Below the pieces are notes generated by a model that was given only the letters and a program-made list of their open reading frames with translations, made no database searches and was not told where the DNA came from. From assembly GCF_009914755.1 (NCBI RefSeq), contig NC_060925.1: DNA of 64,000 bases; one strand, given 5' to 3'. The DNA is from the human T2T-CHM13v2.0 reference genome, Homo sapiens. Of this stretch, positions 54,897 to 64,000 are shown piece by piece (position 1 is the first letter of the stretch; every line of letters begins with the position of its first letter). A program made the position numbers and the translations under genes.

Positions 54897-55799
54897 GATT
54901 TCTCACTTTCTAAGTTTAGTTTGATGTTAGGTCAGGTATGCTGCCTTTTAACCAGCACACAAAGAAAAGAGGGCTGAACTTTCATAAATCCCGAAGGATC
55001 CTGAGGACCTTCCAGATTGATACAAAGGACCAAGGTTTAGGATACTTGGATAAAGCCAGAGTTTATTCAGTGAAGCTTCTTTGAACATGAACAGAAGAGA
55101 AAATTGAAGAGATTGAGAAGAGTCATTGTTATCATCAAACCAGGCAACCAATTATATTGCCTAGAAATCTTGGCAGATGCTAGAATTTTCAGTCACAAAT
55201 AAATATCTGAATATCTGGTGGAAACCATCAACTTGACTATGGAATAAAGTCCTTAGCACAGTGTACAAGATGCTCAGCGTCCTTAGAGCTTACCTTCTCA
55301 TAATCAACTTATATTGATTCCAAGCATCCTGGAATCAGATCACATCAGATCAATACAACATGCATTTCTCTATTCCGAATCTTTGCAAGAACTCTTCATT
55401 TTCCCTTACAAATGGCTTTTTGCAATATCCTGTTCTCCAGAGAAACTCATCGTCCTTTAAGATTCATACTAAATACCTGGGTGCTGAGAAAAGGGTCATT
55501 CTAGGATTATTGGAGAGGTGCAATTTTAATTGGTTTATAAAGGATGCGACATATTTTCAGAGAGGACAAGGTACTTCAAATGGATAATCAATGAAACAAT
55601 GAGACAAGGATCAAGTACCATGAAGAACGAGAAGAAAGACGGGAGCAGACAGGACATGATGAATGCTCAACTACAGAGGAATTGTTGTTTAGTAGCAAGA
55701 CTGCTTAACAAACAGACAAATTGAAAAAAACAAAAAACTGACCCCATCATGGAATGACAGACCCTAATTAGAGATCTTTCTTGGCACTCTAAGCCTTGA

Positions 55800-55986
<187 letters not shown>

Positions 55987-57724
55987 TGAGGTACTTAAAA
56001 GTGCTATAGCCAGGGACTTATAGTTAAAAAAAAAAAAAAATCTTGCCCCTTATTCCCTGGAAAGTCAGTGGCAACTTCCCAGAATGGCAACCTCAGGATC
56101 TCTCATGGTACTGAATCACCAAGTCCATATGATCTCTAGATTTAAACCTAAAACCTCCAGATCACCCCTTAAAAATACATAGCAACAAGTCTGAGAACAG
56201 GTGTGTGTTACCTACACACACCCTCCTCCCATCTCTCTGGCCTTATTGCACAAAATCCCTATTTTGTCTCCTGGATATGGGAGAGGGATTCAGGAGCCTC
56301 ATTCAAGGACAGTCCTGTGGACTGAAAGTCTTTGATGAGAGCATGACTGAGAGAAGCTGGTGTCTGCCTGGATAGCTGGGTGCAAACTGTCATATATCAA
56401 GCAACGAACTTAAGTTGTTATTAGGCGACAGATTCCCTATCTCCAAGGCCAAAGTAAATTGTGTTCACAAGATCGGAAAATCTCCTAAGTCAACTATTAA
56501 ACCCATCTCTAGGAGGAAGAAGTTATCTGGGATAAGGTACTTCTTCTTTGGAAGTTTTTCCATCCTCAGAATAGACATGCAAGAAAAGCTTCATGTATTT
56601 TCAGTTGATGGTGTCTTGAATAAAATGAACAAAAGACAGACATAATTTTTAGAAGGCAAAATTTCCATTCCATTCCTTTCCAGACAGGCTTTTACTGAAA
56701 ACATTGATCATAAAGCCACCAGCCTTAGTTTTCTAAACTTCAGAATTTAAAATAAACAACTATCAGCCTCCTCTCTGTCTCTCTTTTTACCCTTCCTACT
56801 GAGGAAAGTTAAATAGTACATTCTTTCCCACTAAACCAGAAGCAACATAACACAGAAATTCTACTCACAGCTTTAAAATAAATTACTGGATACAAAAATA
56901 ACAATAACAATCCTTTGGTTCAGCCAACCAATCAAATGTTTTGCATGATTAAAACATGAACACTGCCAAATCCCAGATTTAAAAGAAACATTTAGATGCT
57001 ATTAGAATTTCCATTTCATAAAGTAAATCCAGTATGCTAGCTTTTATCTCCAGCAACTGAAGCTTTTCTCAACAGCCATTACTACGGATCTGTGCAGGGT
57101 CAGCCTCTCATCATTTCGTGACTAAAGTATTGTTTTTTCATTCCAGTGTGGAGTCCTGTCTCCAATCTTTCATCTTTCCCATTTTTTTTTAAGAGACAAG
57201 ATTTCTCTATATTGCCCAGACTGATTTTGAACTCCTGGGCTCAAGGAATCCTCCCGCTCAGCCTCCTGTGTTGCTGCGACTACAGGCTCATACCACTGGC
57301 CCTGGTTCCACTTTCACTCTTAGTTTCATTAATCAATACAGAACAATGGCTACCTACCTTAAATTTCGTGAAGTCTGGATGTGAAGGCTGTTGATTCTCT
57401 ACACTTCATGCTGTTGAACATCCTCACTCCGTGCCTCCAGCCCCCACACCTTCCTGTCCCCACACCAGTGCCTTTCCACATATCTAGGGCACAATCACCT
57501 ACACACTCCTGCTCATGTCTTTCTCTGGTCCACCATGTCTGTAATGCTCCTGCCTCCACTCAGAAGCCTTCCCCGGGAAAGAAACTGGTTCTGATCACTT
57601 CTTTCTTATTTCTTGTGCAATTGTTATTCATTCTTTTTTCTTATATTTTACTCAATGTCAATGCTTTTCTTCTCTCTTCCAGTCACTTTATGTTTATGTT
57701 TGCCACATGGATTAGTTTCTAAAA

Positions 57725-58052
57725 GTTTTTGATTTTTAGTTTGTGTGGGTACATATTAGGTGTATATATTTATGGGGTGCATGAGATGTTCTGACAGGCA
57801 TGCAATTCATGATAATCACATCATGGAAAATGGGGTATCCATCCCTCAAGCATTTATCCTTTCTGTTACAAACAATCCAATTATACTCTTTTAGTTATTT
57901 TTAAATGTACAATTAAATTATTATTGACTATAGTCACCCTGTTGTGCTATCAAATAGCAGACCTTATTTATTCTTTCTAAGTATACGTTTTGTACCCATT
58001 AGCCATCTCCACCTCCCCCTTTACCCCCACTCCCCTTCCTAGCCTCTGTAAC
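57725..58052 (-). mobile_element. L1MA2-like 3' end
   Basis: gtgggtacatattaggtgtatatatttatgggg...aatggggtatccatccctcaagcatttatcc...tatagtcaccctgttgtgctatcaaata. Confidence 0.85.
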
Positions 58053-58793
58053 AATTAAGAGACCTATTGATTTCAAAATAGTTTTTTTCTAAATATGTAG
58101 GTATACCGTATACCTTCTAAACATAAATTGGTTGACGACGCTGGCTCCGCGGCGATCTCCAAAGCTCTTCTATGCCATTATTTTCAAACTTTACTGACGA
58201 ACATCAAAGAACACCACAGACTAATTTTTCTCATCTCTCTTTTCCTATCATTCTCTAAAACAAATTTTAATAAGACAAATCAGATAAAAAGGAAGCACAA
58301 CAACACACGGTGGAAATATTGAGGAGGAGATGAGCTTTCCACATTCCACGTCCTAGGATAAATTAATCCATAAATATTGAGCTCTAAAAACAAACCTTAG
58401 TCATCAGCACATTTTCCAGGTTCTGATCCTCTGGAGTAGAGATTCCCACCTCCAACAGCTCTCAGGTGGATTCTGTGATCACGCATCTTCACCCCGCCCT
58501 CTCTCCCTGCCGTGTTTCTCCTTCCTGCCTGCCACCCTGAGCGCCTCCATCATGGCACCCTCATCTGTAGGTTTCTGCTGTGCACAGCGCTCTTTGCTGC
58601 TTGTTCAGGGGCTCTACCTCCAGCATCCTCTGACCCCTCGCACTGTAAGGGCAGGCACAAGGGGCTTTTGAGGGACTTTTCGCTGTAGGGTTGAAAGGCA
58701 GTCAAGCATGATATCAACCGAGAGTGAGTTAAGCATTCTACACAGTCAACTTGGATAATTGACAATGAAGAATCTATTGGGTCTAGATTTTCT

Positions 58794-59228
58794 TTTTGGG
58801 GGTTTGGGGACCACAAAACGTATTTTTATATTGAGGGACGAGAGCAGAAAAGAAAGCAGCCCCTATGGTAGGCCCTATTCAGTGGCAGCTTCTTGTTCCA
58901 TAGGGTTAAGGAAGACTTTGAGGAAATAAAGGTTGTTTGGAAAAATCCCGGTGTGATTGTTTCGCACGCGTGATGGGTAGAAAGGATGAAGTGTGAAGGC
59001 CCCTCGCCCCCTGCATCCTGCCTTAGATTATGTTCTGAAACCCTCGGGTGGAGAAAGCGCTATTTTCATCCCTGCTTCCTGGGATTGCTGATGGCCACAG
59101 AGCGATAGAGAACGACAAAGGAGAAGTGCGGCACGCCTGGCATGCTGGCCAAGATGGCGAGCTGTGCGTCCCTGGTCATCCTGATCAGCTTGGTGGGGTG
59201 CCCATGCTGTCTGCGCACAAGCTCTCCA
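58794..59228 (-). pseudogene. Processed copy of OST4 (oligosaccharyltransferase 4-kDa subunit); 37-codon ORF at 59179-59066 is still open
   Basis: MTRDAQLAILASMPGVPHFSFVVLYRSVAISNPRKQG* versus OST4 [37 protein letters not shown]. 3'UTR matches recalled OST4 (ggatttttccaaacaac, ctatggaacaagaagctgccactgaataggg). No introns; perfect 12-bp TSD tctagattttct (58782-58793 / 59229-59240). Confidence 0.93.
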
Positions 59229-60010
59229 TCTAGATTTTCTAACCAGTCTCTCAATCATCTGGATGATGTCAAATAATTGTGTCAACATCAACTTGACTTT
59301 GAGTGGGAGGCACATCACTAGGTTGTATGGAGTTTTTAGTCTAGTAACAAAACCCACTGCCCTCCTCCAAATCAGATCAGCTTCTCTGTCCATCTACAGC
59401 CTGTACTATTTCATCCATGTACCAGTATCACCATGAAGTCATCATGATTTCCCATCCTCCCTATTAGTTTGTTAATTCTGGAAAACTAAAGGAAGGGCAG
59501 TCTTCTTTGAGAAAAATTCTCACATTCTTTCCCTGGTCCTCCAAAAACCCATACTAGTGGACCTCTGTACAAGCTGCTTTTAATCATACTTCTCCCATTC
59601 CAAGCTTGCTTTATCACTTCCTTCCGTCTCCCAAACAACTTTGAATTCCAAACTTTCACCAGAAAACGTTCGGGTCAAATAAAAGATGTGATTACTTATT
59701 CTCATGCAATCTCATCCTGGTTCAATAAATGCTACGCTTTCATCTTTTTTTTTTCCATTCCATAAATGTTCTTTTACTTAGATATAAGTTAATTGTAGCA
59801 TTTATTTATTTTGTTTTGTGATCCATTCATAGAGTTCACAGGGCATTCATCCGTTTCAATATCAGTTCCCTGTCTTAGGTTACGGCAATCTCCCTAGCAA
59901 AAAGGTATGCTACAATAAATCTTGAAAAACTGCCAAGTTCCAGGCACTGTACTGGCTGCTTTTATATATAGGCATTATCACCTTGGTTTCCATTGAATGG
60001 GACTATGTTC

Positions 60011-60345
60011 TTTTTTTTCTTTTTCTTCTTCTTCTTTTTTTTTTTTTTTTTTTTTTTTGAGTCATGGTCTTACTCCGTCATCCAGGCTGGAGTTCAGTAG
60101 TGTCATCACAGCTTACTACAGCCTCAAACTCCTGGGCTCAAGCAATCCTCCTGCCTCAGCCTCCTGAGTAGCTAGGTCTACAGGTTCATACTGCCATGTC
60201 AAAGTAACTTTCTAAAATTTTTTTTTGTAGAGATGGGTCTTGCTATGTTTCCCAGGCTTGTCTCAAATTTCTGGCCTCAAGCTATCTTCCTGTCGTGGCC
60301 TCCTTAAGTGCTGGGATTATAGGCATGAGACATCGTGCCCTGCCC
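60011..60345 (-). mobile_element. AluJ-like
   Basis: Diverged; J diagnostics (ctcctgggctcaagcaatcc). Confidence 0.9.
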
Positions 60346-60463
60346 ATGCATTTCTATTTACATGGTACCATGTTCAATAAATCACTGAGGACAGAAGTAT
60401 ACTCAATCCTCTTTTGGGTTAGAAAGAGAATGATATGGTAAGGATGATGATACACTTTATTAA

Positions 60464-60855
<392 letters not shown>

Positions 60856-60956
60856 TCAGAAGTTCTTTTAGTGAGTAGGCCGTGAATATCCTCAGGGAAT
60901 ATTGTTTTGTTTACTTGTGACACAAGTAAAGCTGATAGAAGCCCTAAGCCCTCAGC

Positions 60957-60959
<3 letters not shown>

Positions 60960-61001
<42 letters not shown>
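60960..61001. repeat. (CA)n microsatellite
   Basis: About 21 CA units. Confidence 0.95.
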
Positions 61002-61002
<1 letters not shown>

Positions 61003-61907
61003 TTTTTGGAGTCTCGCTCTGTCACCCAGGCTGGAGTACGGTGCCACAATCTCAGCTTATTGCCACCTCTGCCTCTCAGGTTCAAGCAATTCTCCTGCCT
61101 CAGCTTCCAGACTAGCTGGGATTACAGGTGTGCAACACCATGCCTGGCTAATTTTTGTATTTTTAGTAGAGATGGGGTTTCATCATTTTGGCCAGGCTGG
61201 TCTCAAACTCTTGACTTCAAGTGATCTGCCTGCATCAGCTTCCCAAAGTGCTGGGATTACAGACATGAGCCACCGCGCCTGGCCACATATATATGTTTTT
61301 AAGGTGGGGGTCTCCCTCTGTTGCCCAGGCTAGTCTCAAACTCCTGGTCTCAAAGAATGCCCCTGCCTCAGCCTTCCAAGTAGCTGAGACTACAGGTGCC
61401 CAGCTTTCCTCCTTGTTTCATACTCCTCACTGCTTTAAGCAAAACACAGAAAGGGGAATGAACAGAGCAATAGGCCTCAGTTTCTCAGGGGCCAGCTACC
61501 CTCAGAGCCCCTGCTTTTGTGTTTCAAGGCTAACAGAGAAATAATTTTCCCCAAAGCCTTTGTTAATGGAATTATTTATGTCTTGTTCACCTTTCTTTTT
61601 TCTTTTCTTTTTTTTTTTTTTTTTGCTGAGACAGAATCTTGCTCTGTCGCCCAGGCTGTAGTGCAGTGGTGCGATCTTGGCTCACTGCAACCTCCGCCTC
61701 CCAGGTTCCAGTGATTCTCCTGCTTCAGCCTTCTGAGTAGCTGGGATTACAGGCATGTGCCACCACGCCCGGCTAATTTTTGTATTTTTAGTAGAGACAA
61801 GGTTTCACCATGTTGGTCAGGCTGATCTTGAACTCCTGATCTCGTGATCCTCCTGCCTCAGCCTCCCAAAGTGCTGGGATTACAGGCGTAAGCCATCGCG
61901 CCCGGCC
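61002..61907 (-). mobile_element. Alu cluster: 61002-61284, fragment 61296-61405, 61592-61907
   Basis: Alu reverse complements; the last has TSD tgtcttgttcacctttc. Confidence 0.9.
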
Positions 61908-62610
61908 TTGTCTTGTTCACCTTTCAACATGTCTTTCTTCTCCCTTTGCCTCTGCATTCTCCCCCTCTATCCTATTCACTCCTTTCTCTAAAGTTGGCCA
62001 TAAAAGACTTTGCATCTTGGTTTTGGGACCAGAGTCACATCAATTCCAAGCACAGCAGGCAGGCTCCAAGCCTATTGCCAAGGGGAGGCTGACAGAAGCA
62101 AGGCCGTCTCTATGTAGGAGACAAGCACACAAGGGGAAGCCAATATTTCAGCCCTGGAGGGGCGAGTGTTGGCTCCAAGGTGACGGATGGCAGATTCCAC
62201 AGCTGCTAAACACCACAGAGCCGGGTAGAAATTGCACCTGCTGCTTGGAGATGGCACTTTGCATATTTCAGTTGGACCTTCATTCTCCCCTTCTTTTGCC
62301 ATTGAAGCCAGTGATCAGTGGTGGGATCCAGATATTTTAGATTTATGCAAGTGCTCTGTGGTCTCCGGGGAAACTGATGCCAATTCAATTAAACCCATCA
62401 CGTGATATTCAGCCTCTATGAGGCACTTGTAACTGAACTAAGTACACTGGAGAAGGGAAGACACAAAATAAGCAAATGATGTCATCTCTAACTTTCAAGA
62501 TTATGATACAGATTACAGACAATATAATAAAATTCTGTGATATGCAACAGACACCCAGTAAAAAAGAGTTTGAAAATCTCAATGATATATATGTGAACTA
62601 GGCTTATTCA

Positions 62611-63325
<715 letters not shown>

Positions 63326-64000
63326 CTGTGATTACTCTAGCAGTAACACAGCCCAGGAGTGAAAGAGGGATGAGAAGGAGGCCAGTTTAAGATGCAGCAC
63401 TTCTGAAAATATAGAGACTTGTGTTCAAGAGCTCACTTGGTGATCAGTTCATCGGGTGGCAGTGGGCAATTCACATCACCTCTCTGGGGATCAGTTTCTC
63501 ATTCTGGAAAATACAGGATTAGTCTTATAGGATTAGCCTATAGGGAAGTGTCCTTTTCAGCTTCAACCTTCCGAGATTCTTCAAGTTGATGTCATCATCC
63601 CTGGAATTCTCCCCTCCAGCCAGGTGTCGATAGGGTTACTGGGGGAATCATTGAAATCTTTCTGAAATTGCAAGACTTCACTCATCTCCTGACTCTAATG
63701 AGAATTTAGTTCTGTTTTCCTGAGGGGAAGAAAACACTGCAGTCTTTCCTAATCTCCTCACATTCTGCTGTGTGACCAGGCAAGCATTATTATTACTATT
63801 CTTTGCTGTCTCTGCATATTATTAAACTGATGCCAAATTCAACTTGGCATTTCCAAAAAAAGAGTTTCTGAAATGCAGACTGCTTTGGGATGTAAGATTT
63901 TTATGCAAATACAAAACATTAATATATTTCAAAACTTGAAGCACTTTGCTCTCCAGGAGAGAAAGAAGCTTATTTTCAGATGCTCAATTCAGCGTTTACT

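Overview
Primate (most likely human or great-ape) non-coding DNA, AT-rich and CpG-poor, with no CpG island and no credible protein-coding exon. About 50 Alu copies or fragments (roughly a quarter of the window) sit among L1, L2, MIR, MaLR LTR and DNA-transposon relics, and most ORF-track entries are artefacts of these repeats. Five L1-mediated retrocopies are recognisable from recalled parent sequences: U5 snRNA (778-891), FDX2 mRNA (1504-2338), the 3' end of the GAS5 lncRNA with its hormone-response-element mimic (~34662-34853), Y1 RNA (45729-45838) and OST4 mRNA with an uninterrupted 37-codon ORF (58794-59228, minus). The most unusual structure is a 152-bp-arm near-palindrome made by inverted duplication inside one Alu (22668-22997). 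Others are a 14-bp templated inversion in a second Alu, an exact 3x49-bp tandem repeat and two cases of repeated insertion at one target site. I found no evidence of a new multi-gene system. Parent-gene and repeat-subfamily calls are from memory, not database searches, and repeat boundaries are approximate.
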